Positions 30,385-39,746 of a stretch of 64,000 bases of DNA are shown in pieces (the stretch's first letter is position 1; each line of letters opens with the position of its first letter). The stretch comes from an uncultured Gemmatimonadota bacterium (GTDB lineage: Bacteria; SM23-81; DAOVCL01): positions 90,613 through 154,612 of the forward strand of contig CAZVGK010000004.1 of the NCBI GenBank assembly GCA_964626665.1, written 5' to 3'. Both the position numbers and the translations under genes were made by a program. The notes beneath the pieces are model-generated. The model had not been told where the DNA came from, ran no database searches, and worked only from the letters and a program-made list of their open reading frames with translations.

Positions 30385-31532
30385 TTGGCAGCCTCCTCTA
30401 TGGCCTGACACACCTCACCAGGGGTCTGTATCTTGCCTCCTGGATTACCGACAAAGAGAGTCTTGGCAACCGAGCATCTCTCTACCTCATAGAGGATCTG
30501 GCCCAGATTCATCTCCACCATCACAAATCCAGAAATTTTTTCGGATAGCTTCCTTATCCGTTGTTCCGGGAATGGCCAGATGGTTATCAGTCTCAGGTAA
30601 CCCACTTTGATTCCTTTTTTGCGGGCAAGCTCAATCCCCGGCCAGATAACTCTTGATGTTATACCATAAGAGACAACAACCACATCGGCATCAGCGGTGT
30701 CTATCTCTTCCAGCCTTATTATCCTCTCCGCATTTAGGTTAATCTTATCCACCAACCTCTTCACCAATTTCTCCTGTACCTCCCCATTCATCACTGGATA
30801 GCCCCGCTCATCATGGGTAAGGCCAGTTGTATGAATGCGGTAGCCATCCCCCACTTTGATCAGCGGGGGGACAAAACCACCATCAAGCTCATAGGGAAGG
30901 TAATCTCCTGGCGCTCGCTTGGTATATCTCCTCTCCACGATGTGGAACTCCTCGGGAGGGGGGATGACCACCTTTTCCGTCATATGGCCCACAATGGCAT
31001 CGGAGAGGATGATCGTGGGCACCCGATACTCCTCGGCCAAATTGAAGGCCTCAATGGTCAGGTTAAAGAACTCCTGTGGGGAGTTGGGGGAGAGGGCAAT
31101 TATCTCATAGTCTCCATGGGAACCCCATCTGGCCTGCATCATATCGGATTGTCCCCACATAGTGGGCAGGCCGGTAGATGGGGAACCCCGCTGCACATTA
31201 ACCACCACACAGGGAACCTCCATCATTACGCCCAGGCCAATATTCTCATTCATCAAGGAGATACCTGGCCCCGATGTTGCCGTCATCGTCTTCATCCCGG
31301 CCCAGGAGGCGCCCAAAATGGAGGCTATGGAAGCTATCTCATCCTCAAACTGCACGAAGACCCCGCCCAACTGGGGCAGCCTCTCGGACATCCGTTCCGC
31401 TATCTCCGTCGCTGGCGTGATGGGGTAGCCACCAAAGAACCTACACCCAGCGGCTATCGCCCCTTCGGCACAGGCTATATCCCCTTGGATAAAGTGTTCC
31501 CCGGTCAAAACAGCTTTCCCCTGGGCTCTCAT
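30381..31532 (-). CDS. korA: 2-oxoacid:ferredoxin oxidoreductase alpha subunit
   Basis: YPITPATE, EDEIAS, TATSGPG, QRGSPSTG, TGLTHDERG. Confidence 0.92.
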   Translation of the reverse strand: MRAQGKAVLTGEHFIQGDIACAEGAIAAGCRFFGGYPITPATEIAERMSERLPQLGGVFVQFEDEIASIASILGASWAGMKTMTATSGPGISLMNENIGLGVMMEVPCVVVNVQRGSPSTGLPTMWGQSDMMQARWGSHGDYEIIALSPNSPQEFFNLTIEAFNLAEEYRVPTIILSDAIVGHMTEKVVIPPPEEFHIVERRYTKRAPGDYLPYELDGGFVPPLIKVGDGYRIHTTGLTHDERGYPVMNGEVQEKLVKRLVDKINLNAERIIRLEEIDTADADVVVVSYGITSRVIWPGIELARKKGIKVGYLRLITIWPFPEQRIRKLSEKISGFVMVEMNLGQILYEVERCSVAKTLFVGNPGGKIQTPGEVCQAIEEAAK

Positions 31533-31771
31533 TCTTCCCCCTCTGCCGTGCTCCAAATGGCAAACTCAGGGCATAAAAGCTCACACAAATGACAGTTAAT
31601 GCAAGTCGGGGATTTGACCCTGGGGGGGTGATATCCTCGGACATTGAACTCATCTGAGAGCTCAAGCACCTCCTTAGGACAGAACTCCACGCAGAACCCA
31701 CAGCCCTTGCACCTATCCTTGATAATGTGCACCTGGCCTAAGGAGGCTCCTACCTTCACTGATGATTTCAC
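31529..31771 (-). CDS. korD: 2[4Fe-4S] ferredoxin delta subunit
   Basis: CKGCGFCVEFCP and CINCHLCELLCPEFAI; GTG start after AAGGAG. Confidence 0.88.
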   Translation of the reverse strand: MKSSVKVGASLGQVHIIKDRCKGCGFCVEFCPKEVLELSDEFNVRGYHPPRVKSPTCINCHLCELLCPEFAIWSTAEGEE

Positions 31772-31787
31772 CTTCAGCTCCTTTAGA

Positions 31788-32168
31788 TAGCGAAGCTTCG
31801 CCTTCCCGGCCCGGGACGGGCAAGCCGACAAGGCCTGGCAGTATAAACTGGGCGAAGCTTCAAATGTAAAATGGAGAATTTAGAATTAAGAATGAAAAAA
31901 CCTGAGGGCGAGGAGCCTGAGCCGAACTTAGCTCCCTTACGGTCGCTAACTTCTCCGGAGGGCCTCACCGGCCCTATGGCGCTCCGCAATCCTACACCTG
32001 CTCGGATTGCTCCGCTGTCATGATTGAAGGGGGCATGCCCCCTTCAAACAACCCCACATTTCGGAATTTCTAAGAAATTCCGAAATGTTAAGCTCATTGT
32101 CTTCATCTTTCTTCCTGCCCCAAAAACTTGACACAAATTTTAAGAAGTTGCCTTATGAAGGAGGCTAG
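31788..32168. repeat. Composite intergenic repeat, copy 2, with its own palindrome-rich insert (~31925-32088)
   Basis: Homologous to 1247-1565; insert has TTGAAGGGGGCATGCCCCCTTCAA and the 15-bp stem ACATTTCGGAATTTC-TAA-GAAATTCCGAAATGT. Confidence 0.88.
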
Positions 32169-33043
32169 CTCTGTGGAGGGAGGGCAGCGCGCATCAGTAC
32201 CCCCACCTCCGCCGGTTCCCTGGCCACTTTAATTCCCACCTTCTCAAACGCGGCGATCTTTCCTTCGGCGGTTCCGGCACCGCCGGAGATTATCGCCCCC
32301 GCATGTCCCATTCTCTTTCCTGGAGGAGCGGTCAGGCCGGCGATAAAGGCCACCACCGGCTTATGGAAGTGCTCCTCAAAGTAGCGAGCTGCCTCTTCCT
32401 CATCCTGGCCGCCTATCTCACCGACCAGGACAACCCCCTGTGTCTCTTCATCCTCTTCAAACAACTGGAGGCAATCTATGAACTTTAGTCCGATAATGGG
32501 GTCACCCCCCACTCCGATACAGGTGGATATTCCCAACCCTGTAGAGACAATGTGGGTGGCTATCTCATAGGTGAGGGTGCCACTGCGGGAGATAACGCCA
32601 ATCCCTCCTGGCTGGAATATGAGGGCGGGAAGTATACCCACCTCAGCCTCCCCCGGCGAGATCAGGCCTGGACAGTTGGGGCCGATCAACCTTACCCCCC
32701 TATCGGAGAAGAACTTCACCACCTTGACCATATCCAGGGCCGGAATCCCCTCTGAGATGCAGACCACCAGCGCGACCCCTGAATCCCCTGCCTCGTAAAG
32801 GGCATCAACGGCGAACTTGTAAGGAACGAATACGATGGAGGTATTAGCTCCCGTCTCCTTAACCGCCTCCTTTACCGTGTTGAAGACAGGAACTCCAGCT
32901 ATTACCTCTCCCCCCTTACCTGGCGTCACCCCAGCCACGACTTGAGTGCCATATTGGAGCATCCGCGCCGTGTGAAATGAACCATCCCTACCGGTGATCC
33001 CCTGGACAACCAATCTCGTGTTTTCATCAACTAAGATACTCAT
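32165..33043 (-). CDS. sucD: Succinyl-CoA synthetase alpha subunit
   Basis: [31 protein letters not shown]. Confidence 0.97.
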   Translation of the reverse strand: MSILVDENTRLVVQGITGRDGSFHTARMLQYGTQVVAGVTPGKGGEVIAGVPVFNTVKEAVKETGANTSIVFVPYKFAVDALYEAGDSGVALVVCISEGIPALDMVKVVKFFSDRGVRLIGPNCPGLISPGEAEVGILPALIFQPGGIGVISRSGTLTYEIATHIVSTGLGISTCIGVGGDPIIGLKFIDCLQLFEEDEETQGVVLVGEIGGQDEEEAARYFEEHFHKPVVAFIAGLTAPPGKRMGHAGAIISGGAGTAEGKIAAFEKVGIKVAREPAEVGVLMRAALPPQS

Positions 33044-33112
33044 CTTCCATGGAAATCCGAATTTCTAAATCCGAATGACGAAAAAATCAATTCTCAAATT
33101 CGTCATTAGTCA

Positions 33113-33478
33113 TTAGGATTTCGTCTTCCCCCCCTTTCTTCTAATTGCCGCAAGTATCAGGTTCAGCTCTCTCACTTCTTTCCCATAACTACTTGCTTCC
33201 TTTTACAGTTCCGGGGTAACCTTACCAATCATCCTTAACCAGTACCCACATTCCCTCGATTCCTTCTTACAGATTCCGATCTTATGCAAGAAATCTTTCT
33301 TGGATTCGGCATCATCGGCCTCACAATAGTTTGCTCCCACACTTGTGCCCGCCCTGACCAACTGCCCAATAAGTGGAAGAGTCACAACGTTCTTGGGAAT
33401 TTTCTTAGCAAACTCGATAATTGCTTCCCCAAACTTAGCTGTCCTTTCCTCCAAATCATATATTTTCTTATTCGTCAT
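33113..33478 (-). pseudogene. Four-helix-bundle (23S rRNA IVS/TIGR02436-type) gene with in-frame TAA
   Basis: DLEERTAKF...QLVRAGTSVGANYCEA...KESRE..YWL; TAA at 33203-33205, then the frame continues EVRELNLILAAIRRK to 33113. Confidence 0.85.
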
Positions 33479-33488
33479 TCGTCATTCG

Positions 33489-34637
33489 TCATTCTGATTT
33501 CGTCATTTTCTTTACCAGTTCTATCGCCTTTTTTGCCCCCGCGGACATCGAGGAGACGGGAGTAAGGGGAGTTGCCTTGAGTATCTCCCTGGCCTTATCC
33601 TCATTCGTCCCAGTCAACCGCACCACTATGGGCAGGGAGAGCGGCCCCTTGCCGATCGCCTGGAGAAGGCCATTGGCCACATCATCACACCTGGTAATCC
33701 CCCCAAAGATATTGAACAAGACGGCCTTTACGTTCTTGTCCCGCAGAAGGATATCCATAGCATTGGTCACCTTCTCCGGGGATGAGCTCCCCCCCACATC
33801 GAGAAAATTGGCCGGCTCTCCCCCATATCTTTTAATCAGATCCATCGTAGCCATAGCCAGGCCCGCCCCATTTACCACACAGCCGATATCTCCGGACAGC
33901 TTGATATAGGAGAGCCCCTTGGACTTAGCCTCGATCTCGGTGGCCTCCTCTGGAGTTGGCTCCCGCATAGCCTGAATATCCGCATGCCGATACAGCCCAC
34001 TGTCATCTATATTTATCTTGGCATCCAGTGCCCAGACCTGATGGTCCCGGGAGACAACAAAGGGGTTTATCTCAGCCAGGCTGGCATCTGACTCAACAAA
34101 TGTCTGGTAGAGTTTACCCAACACATCCGCGGCCTGCAGCACGATCCCGTAGTCATCATAGAGATGAAAGCCAAGCTCCCGGGCCTGATGGGGAAGCAGG
34201 CCGGTAGATGGGTCCACCGGATACTTATGAATCTTCTCCGGGGTCTCCGCGGCAACCTGCTCGATCTCCACCCCTCCCGCCGCAGAGACCATCACCACGG
34301 GCCTCTTGCTCCCCCGGTCCACAATTATACCCAAGTAAGCTTCGGAAAGGACATCTATGGCCTGAGTCACCAAAACCTTCTTGACCACCTCTCCTTTAAT
34401 GCTCATCCCCAATATCTGCTCAGCAAGTTTCTCCGCTTCCTGGGAAGATCTGGCGATCTTCACCCCCCCGGCCTTTCCCCTTCCCCCCACCAAAACCTGT
34501 GCTTTGACCACAACCTCCCCCCCCATCTCCGCGGCAATCTCCCTGGCCTCCTCAGGGTGAGAGGCGACCTTGCCTGAAGGCACGGGAATCCCATATCGCT
34601 TAAAAATCTCCTTTGCTTGATATTCCTGGATTTTCAT
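33489..34637 (-). CDS. sucC: Succinyl-CoA synthetase beta subunit
   Basis: KAQVLVGGRGKAGG, EINP, NGAGLAMATMD, NIFGGITRCD. Confidence 0.97.
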   Translation of the reverse strand: MKIQEYQAKEIFKRYGIPVPSGKVASHPEEAREIAAEMGGEVVVKAQVLVGGRGKAGGVKIARSSQEAEKLAEQILGMSIKGEVVKKVLVTQAIDVLSEAYLGIIVDRGSKRPVVMVSAAGGVEIEQVAAETPEKIHKYPVDPSTGLLPHQARELGFHLYDDYGIVLQAADVLGKLYQTFVESDASLAEINPFVVSRDHQVWALDAKINIDDSGLYRHADIQAMREPTPEEATEIEAKSKGLSYIKLSGDIGCVVNGAGLAMATMDLIKRYGGEPANFLDVGGSSSPEKVTNAMDILLRDKNVKAVLFNIFGGITRCDDVANGLLQAIGKGPLSLPIVVRLTGTNEDKAREILKATPLTPVSSMSAGAKKAIELVKKMTKSE

Positions 34638-34921
34638 TGGCTTTCATCCGCCACTATAAGGTTAAAAAAATAGACAAAGGGGGAGTTTCCCTCAACCGAC
34701 TGGCTAAAAATTGCCCAGAAAACAGCCCTTGTCCACTAAGCCAGGCTTGTGGCTTTCCCTTGCTCTGTCCGGAGGAGGCTAGCACTATTATCTCCGCGCC
34801 CTTTGGGCAGGCAAACAAGAAAAGCTTCGCTTCCAAGGCGGGCAAACCGCCTTAGGTATGGCCACATAAACTGGAGACAACTTTTAAGCGGTTGCCCTAT
34901 AAGCCAGCAAAGATACCCAGC

Positions 34922-36580
34922 TCAGAATATATCGATCATTCTGGCCAGGGCCGCCTTCCCCCTATACTCGGGCAGGAGCATGGGAGCCCGCCTCTGCGGC
35001 TTGATGCCCGCTTTCTTCAGGGTCTCCACATACCTGTGCAAATGCTCAAGGGTTAGTTTACCCCCCTTCTTCCCCGACTGCACCCACTTGGCGGCAGACA
35101 TCCCCGCCCTCCTGCCAAAAACCATAGTGTCAAGAGTTGAATTTCCCATGAGTCTATTCTTGCCATGAACACCTCCTGATACCTCGCCAGCAACCCAGAG
35201 TCCTTCAAGAGTGCTATGGCCCCATGGGTCTGTTTCTACTCCCCCGTTCTGATAATGAAGTGTAGGGAATACAAGAACAGGATCTTTTGTCATGTCTATG
35301 TCATATCTATTAAACATTCTTCGCATCCCTGGGAATGCTTTTTCAATATAACCTTTACCATTCTTTACCTCAATCATAGGCGTATCAAGCCATACACCTC
35401 TTATGCCAACAGGGGTCGTAATTCCCTTGCCTCTAACATAACATTCCCTTATTAAGGCAGCTGCTTCAACATCTCTTGGCTCAAGTGGAAATACAAATGC
35501 CTCTCCATCTACATTTACTGGCTGGGCTCCAGAGCTGCGGAGCTTCTCTGTAAGAAGATAACCTATTATTTGCACTGGATATGCAGCACCTGTGGGGTGA
35601 TACTGAACTGTGTCTACATCTCTTAACTTTGCACCTGCACGATATGCAAGAACAAGACCATCAGCAGTAGCACCATAATGATTTGTTGTAGGAAATCCTC
35701 TTATGTGTAGTCTCCCAAAACCACCTGTCGCCAGAATAGTAGCTTTTGCTTCCACTATTTTATATTCTCCTGTCTCAAGGTTGTATAAGAGTGCGCCAGT
35801 AACTCTATTCTCACCATCTGTGAGAAGTTCAATCGCAGGATAGTGTTCAATACATCCTATCTCTCTACTTCTAAATTCGTCTCTTATTACTCTGAATTCC
35901 TCAAGTCCTGTATAATCTCTACAAGAATGCAATCTCCTTATTGATGTTCCACCTCCCCATTTTTCCACAAAATCTCCACTTTCTTCCTTGTCAATTATTG
36001 CTCCTAATTCATGTAGCCAGTAAATTATGAAAGGAGCATCCTCAACCAGCGCTCTTAAAACATCTGGTTTGTTTGTAAAGTGCCCCCCACCCATAGTATC
36101 CAGGTAATGTCTCTGTATAGAATCAACTTCTCTATCTGCTGCCTGAGTGCCTCCTTCTGCCATTATTGAATTAGCATCACCATGCCTTAATTTATTAACA
36201 AGTAATATTTTATCTTTTGAAATCCCTTGTTCATTCGCCCAGATACAAGCAGTCGTGCCGGCAAGCCCTCCACCTATTACCATAATGTCTACACTATAAT
36301 CAACTTTTTTAATGTCAACTTCTCCTTCCTCTACAAGAGGGTATGCCTCAAGTAAATCAACCACTGGATTTGTGCCAAAATCTCCTTTATTCTGACCAAT
36401 TGATATTTTCCTTTTCCCCCCAGCCACATAATCTGGATGTAGTTTGAGCGTTTCCTCTCGCTCCTCCATACTCATAGCAGGAGGAATGTAATCTTTTCTT
36501 TTTTGCCTGGTCTTATGCACTTTATCTATAAGTTTATACATATACTCAGGATAACCCTCAATGTATTTTGCCTCAGCCAT
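34922..36580 (-). CDS. frdA: Soluble fumarate reductase/succinate dehydrogenase-family flavoprotein
   Basis: GGGLAG; ANSIMAEGG; QYHPT; TEKLR; PRD; LHYQNGG; HGKNRLMGNS. Confidence 0.85.
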   Translation of the reverse strand: MAEAKYIEGYPEYMYKLIDKVHKTRQKRKDYIPPAMSMEEREETLKLHPDYVAGGKRKISIGQNKGDFGTNPVVDLLEAYPLVEEGEVDIKKVDYSVDIMVIGGGLAGTTACIWANEQGISKDKILLVNKLRHGDANSIMAEGGTQAADREVDSIQRHYLDTMGGGHFTNKPDVLRALVEDAPFIIYWLHELGAIIDKEESGDFVEKWGGGTSIRRLHSCRDYTGLEEFRVIRDEFRSREIGCIEHYPAIELLTDGENRVTGALLYNLETGEYKIVEAKATILATGGFGRLHIRGFPTTNHYGATADGLVLAYRAGAKLRDVDTVQYHPTGAAYPVQIIGYLLTEKLRSSGAQPVNVDGEAFVFPLEPRDVEAAALIRECYVRGKGITTPVGIRGVWLDTPMIEVKNGKGYIEKAFPGMRRMFNRYDIDMTKDPVLVFPTLHYQNGGVETDPWGHSTLEGLWVAGEVSGGVHGKNRLMGNSTLDTMVFGRRAGMSAAKWVQSGKKGGKLTLEHLHRYVETLKKAGIKPQRRAPMLLPEYRGKAALARMIDIF

Positions 36581-36633
36581 CTTTCCCTCCTAAATTTAGG
36601 TATTTAGGTATCTATGTATTTAGGTGTTTGTAG

Positions 36634-37410
36634 TTAATCTGTTTCTCTTTCTCGCTCAGCATATAATTTTTCAAGTTCCTCTCTGCTGAGACTTGTAATT
36701 TTATCCATATCTTTATTGAACTTACCTTCTTTTATTTCTTTTATTCTCGTTAAAAGGTGTTCTGGTTCAGGGCTACTATACCTTCCATACATTCTCCTTC
36801 CAAGCTGTGCCACATTATATTGCACAATCTCTGAGGGACATCTCAGTGCACAAAGTCCACACTGAATACAATCAAAAGACTCATTGGCAACTGCTTCAAA
36901 ATCTCCTTTAATTGCTGCCTGAACGTAGTCCATTACTTCAAGATCCTGAGGACAGGCTTTTGTGCAAGTATTACATGACACGCATCTTGCTACCTCAGGA
37001 TAATACTTAAAAAATACATTAACATTATATTCTTCTTTGCCAATATCATAGGGGGCTTTCTCTGCTGGTGTAAATGGTATCTGGACAAGATACATCCCAT
37101 CTTCTACACGAGTCTGACAGGCCATGGCAGTCTGCAGTTTATACTCTCCTTTTTTTCGATAAACTGTGGAACAAGCACCGCAAAAACCCTGCCTGCACCC
37201 ACAGCCCCTTATAAATTTATACCCTGCATACTCTATTGCAGTTAGTATTGTTAAATCAGCCGGAACTCTATATCCCCTTCCCATAATATAAATTGTTACC
37301 CAGTGCTCAACATCCTTCTCTTCAACCCCAGCGACCATAGGTCTGCTCGCAGTGGCGATCCTTTCCATTATCTCCTTTGGATCTAATCTTTTGGTTTTTT
37401 CTCCTTTCAT
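36634..37410 (-). CDS. frdB: Fumarate reductase-type Fe-S subunit (2Fe-2S + 2[4Fe-4S])
   Basis: GCRQGFCGAC...MACQT; CVSCNTCTKACP; CIQCGLCALRCP. Confidence 0.82.
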   Translation of the reverse strand: MKGEKTKRLDPKEIMERIATASRPMVAGVEEKDVEHWVTIYIMGRGYRVPADLTILTAIEYAGYKFIRGCGCRQGFCGACSTVYRKKGEYKLQTAMACQTRVEDGMYLVQIPFTPAEKAPYDIGKEEYNVNVFFKYYPEVARCVSCNTCTKACPQDLEVMDYVQAAIKGDFEAVANESFDCIQCGLCALRCPSEIVQYNVAQLGRRMYGRYSSPEPEHLLTRIKEIKEGKFNKDMDKITSLSREELEKLYAERERETD

Positions 37411-37464
37411 TGTTGCCTCCTCTACTAACAGGGATTTTAAGAGATTGAAAGAGATTTTTTTCTT

Positions 37465-37923
37465 TTATCTATTATATTCTCTTTTCATCCCTGTTAATTT
37501 AAAAAAAGCATTCTCTTCCAAACTCAATCCTTCTTTCTCTATTTGATAGAAATTGTCAAATCTTTTAAATTCTAACTTCTTTTTGGCAAAGTTAACTAAA
37601 AATCCAATCAAAATTTCACTTATCCTCAATTGTGATATTAATTGGGCCTTATGATCCTCGTTCAACTCCTTTACTGCTTTAACTTCGACTATAACCTTCC
37701 CTTCTACCAATAAATCTAGAATATACTTGCTAACCTCTTGATTTTCGTATATAACAGGAAATCCCTTTTCAGAATCAACTTTCAAATCCTTGCTTAACTC
37801 AATAAATAAAGCTCTATGGTACCTTCGCTCTAATAAACCTGGACCAAATTGATTATGTACTTTATAAAAAGCCTTAATAATTTTATCGGTAATACCTCTA
37901 TACTTAGAATCATCCCATTTCAT
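37465..37923 (-). CDS. GxxExxY protein (PD-(D/E)XK-like)
   Basis: VHNQFGPGLLERRY, DLLVEGKVIVEVKAV, GFLVNF. Confidence 0.92.
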   Translation of the reverse strand: MKWDDSKYRGITDKIIKAFYKVHNQFGPGLLERRYHRALFIELSKDLKVDSEKGFPVIYENQEVSKYILDLLVEGKVIVEVKAVKELNEDHKAQLISQLRISEILIGFLVNFAKKKLEFKRFDNFYQIEKEGLSLEENAFFKLTGMKREYNR

Positions 37924-37933
37924 TTTTTATCTC

Positions 37934-38860
37934 TTAATCTCTCTTCCAATCCCTGTTTTTTTTTGTGGGACTCAAAAGACTCTTTTTCACAAGTAATGGT
38001 TCTGGATTAATATAATTTAAGTCAAATCTGCAATACTTTTTGTCTATCCCAAATGCAACTGCCATAAGCTGAGTAAAGTAAAATATAGGAATTTCCTTAA
38101 AATCAGGGTGTTTTTCTTTTACCTCTCTTTGCCTATTATCCAAATTAAAAGCACATAAAGGGCAACTTGTTACCATTGCTTCTGCCCCCTCTCTTTGGGC
38201 ATGGGTGAGAATATCGTAGGCCAGATCAGCAACTACCCACTTATCCTGCACTGTCTGGTAGCTGCCGCAGCAGACCTTCTTGTAAGGATTGTCCACCACC
38301 TCTGCTCCTAAGGCGGAGAGGAGATCGGCCTCAATGGTGGGATCTTCGGGGTCGTCTATGGCCACCTCCTTGGGCCGCAACAACATACACCCATAGTAGG
38401 GGGCAACCTGCAGGCCCTTCAGGGGCATCTTCACCTTTACCTTTTCAAAACCCATCTCCTGAAGCAGGGAGAGAAAATGCACCACCTCCACCTCCCCTCG
38501 GTAATCCTCCTCCAGATACATCAGGTCATTGAGCTTAGTTAAGTCCTCTGGGTTCTCCTTCATCCGGAGATTTGCCTGTTTCAGGGTGTTGTAACACATT
38601 GAACAGAGGGTAATCAACCGGTGCTCATCATTGAGAGTACCATTCTCGTTTAGCTCCTGCACGCGGATGAGGTTTCTGATGGGAGCCAAATGGTGGATGA
38701 GGTCATCCGCCGTCAGGGAGAAGACTGTCCCACAACAGTTCCACTTGGGGAGCTCCACCAGCTCGATACCCAAAGTCTTGGCCACAGCCAGCGCGGAATC
38801 CTCAAAGTTCTTTGCTGTAGTCTTCAGCGTACATCCAGGATAATATGGCAGTTTCATCAT
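37934..38860 (-). CDS. hdrB: Heterodisulfide reductase subunit B (copy 2)
   Basis: YYPGC, WNCCG, CSMC, YYGC, VCCGS, SCPLC; start at MMKLP. Confidence 0.92.
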   Translation of the reverse strand: MMKLPYYPGCTLKTTAKNFEDSALAVAKTLGIELVELPKWNCCGTVFSLTADDLIHHLAPIRNLIRVQELNENGTLNDEHRLITLCSMCYNTLKQANLRMKENPEDLTKLNDLMYLEEDYRGEVEVVHFLSLLQEMGFEKVKVKMPLKGLQVAPYYGCMLLRPKEVAIDDPEDPTIEADLLSALGAEVVDNPYKKVCCGSYQTVQDKWVVADLAYDILTHAQREGAEAMVTSCPLCAFNLDNRQREVKEKHPDFKEIPIFYFTQLMAVAFGIDKKYCRFDLNYINPEPLLVKKSLLSPTKKNRDWKRD

Positions 38861-38888
38861 ATTAGTGCGTAAGACATAAGTGCGTAAG

Positions 38889-39242
38889 TTAGATGCTTCT
38901 GTGGAATTTCCATAATAGCTTCCCAACTTCTGTGTGTAAATCTTGCAATTTTCTATGCTCTTCAATGGTAAGGTAATTCAATCTTAAAGAGAAATCTAAA
39001 AGATATTCTACTTCTGCAGAAGAACCTAAAGCAATATTAAGAAATTGTTTTAACTCTTTTTTATTTTGTCTTCCATATCCTTCTACTATATTTGTAGGGA
39101 TTGATAAAGCTGCTCTTTGCAATTGAGAAGTAATCCCATAGATTCCTTCTTTTGGGAATTTTTTTGTTTCTAAATAAATTTAAAATGCCAATTCATCTGA
39201 TTTTCGCCAAACTATTAACTTTTTATATCCTTTCTCTTCCAT
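38889..39242 (-). pseudogene. Four-helix-bundle gene with in-frame TAA at codon 21
   Basis: MEEKGYKKLIVWRKSDELAF*IYLETKKFPKEGIYGITSQLQRAALSIPTNIVEG...FLNIALGSSAE. Confidence 0.88.
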
Positions 39243-39295
39243 TCTGCCACCTTTTACTTATGCTCTTATGCTCTTATGCTCTTATACTCTTTCAC

Positions 39296-39700
39296 TCATC
39301 CGGTAAACTTGCGAAAACCGCTTACCAAGGCAATCTGGGGCAACCTGTTCATCTCATCCGCGGGAATTTTCTTTATATCAATATGGTCTATGGCTTTTCT
39401 CAAAGTTATCTGCCTTAATGCCTCTGCTACCTTTGATACATCTAATCCGCGCGGACACCTCACAGTACAGGTAAAACAAGAAGCACAGAGCCACATAGCT
39501 TTGGATTCTAAAACATCCTCTTGACCCAATTGAACCCTTCTCATAAGCTGCGAAGGTGTTATATCCATCTCAGTAACCATCGGACAACTGCCAGAACAAA
39601 CACCACACTGGTCACAACGAGTTATTGCTTGCCCACTCAGTTCACTAACTTTATCCAAAAATTCTACATTCTTATCTGTAATTATAACCTTCTTAATCAT
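39296..39700 (-). CDS. hdrC: Heterodisulfide reductase subunit C (copy 2)
   Basis: CDQCGVCSGSCP; WLCASCFTCTVRCPRG. Confidence 0.92.
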   Translation of the reverse strand: MIKKVIITDKNVEFLDKVSELSGQAITRCDQCGVCSGSCPMVTEMDITPSQLMRRVQLGQEDVLESKAMWLCASCFTCTVRCPRGLDVSKVAEALRQITLRKAIDHIDIKKIPADEMNRLPQIALVSGFRKFTG

Positions 39701-39746
39701 ATCAGTTCACAAGTGCATAAGTCATAAGTGCACAAGTCTTATGCTC

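Noticed and set aside
31921-32092. Integron attC site (GCCGAAC...GTTAAGC)
   Set aside because: The core sites pair poorly, the structure is made of local hairpins, and there is no cassette ORF or integrase.
34922-36580. L-aspartate oxidase (nadB)
   Set aside because: It is paired with an FrdB-type Fe-S subunit next to sucCD, with no nadA/nadC; not fully excluded without phylogeny.
33113-39242. TAA read-through or alternative genetic code suggested by two four-helix genes with in-frame TAA
   Set aside because: Many intact genes end in TAA and the 33113 copy shows further local damage; ordinary pseudogenisation is simpler.
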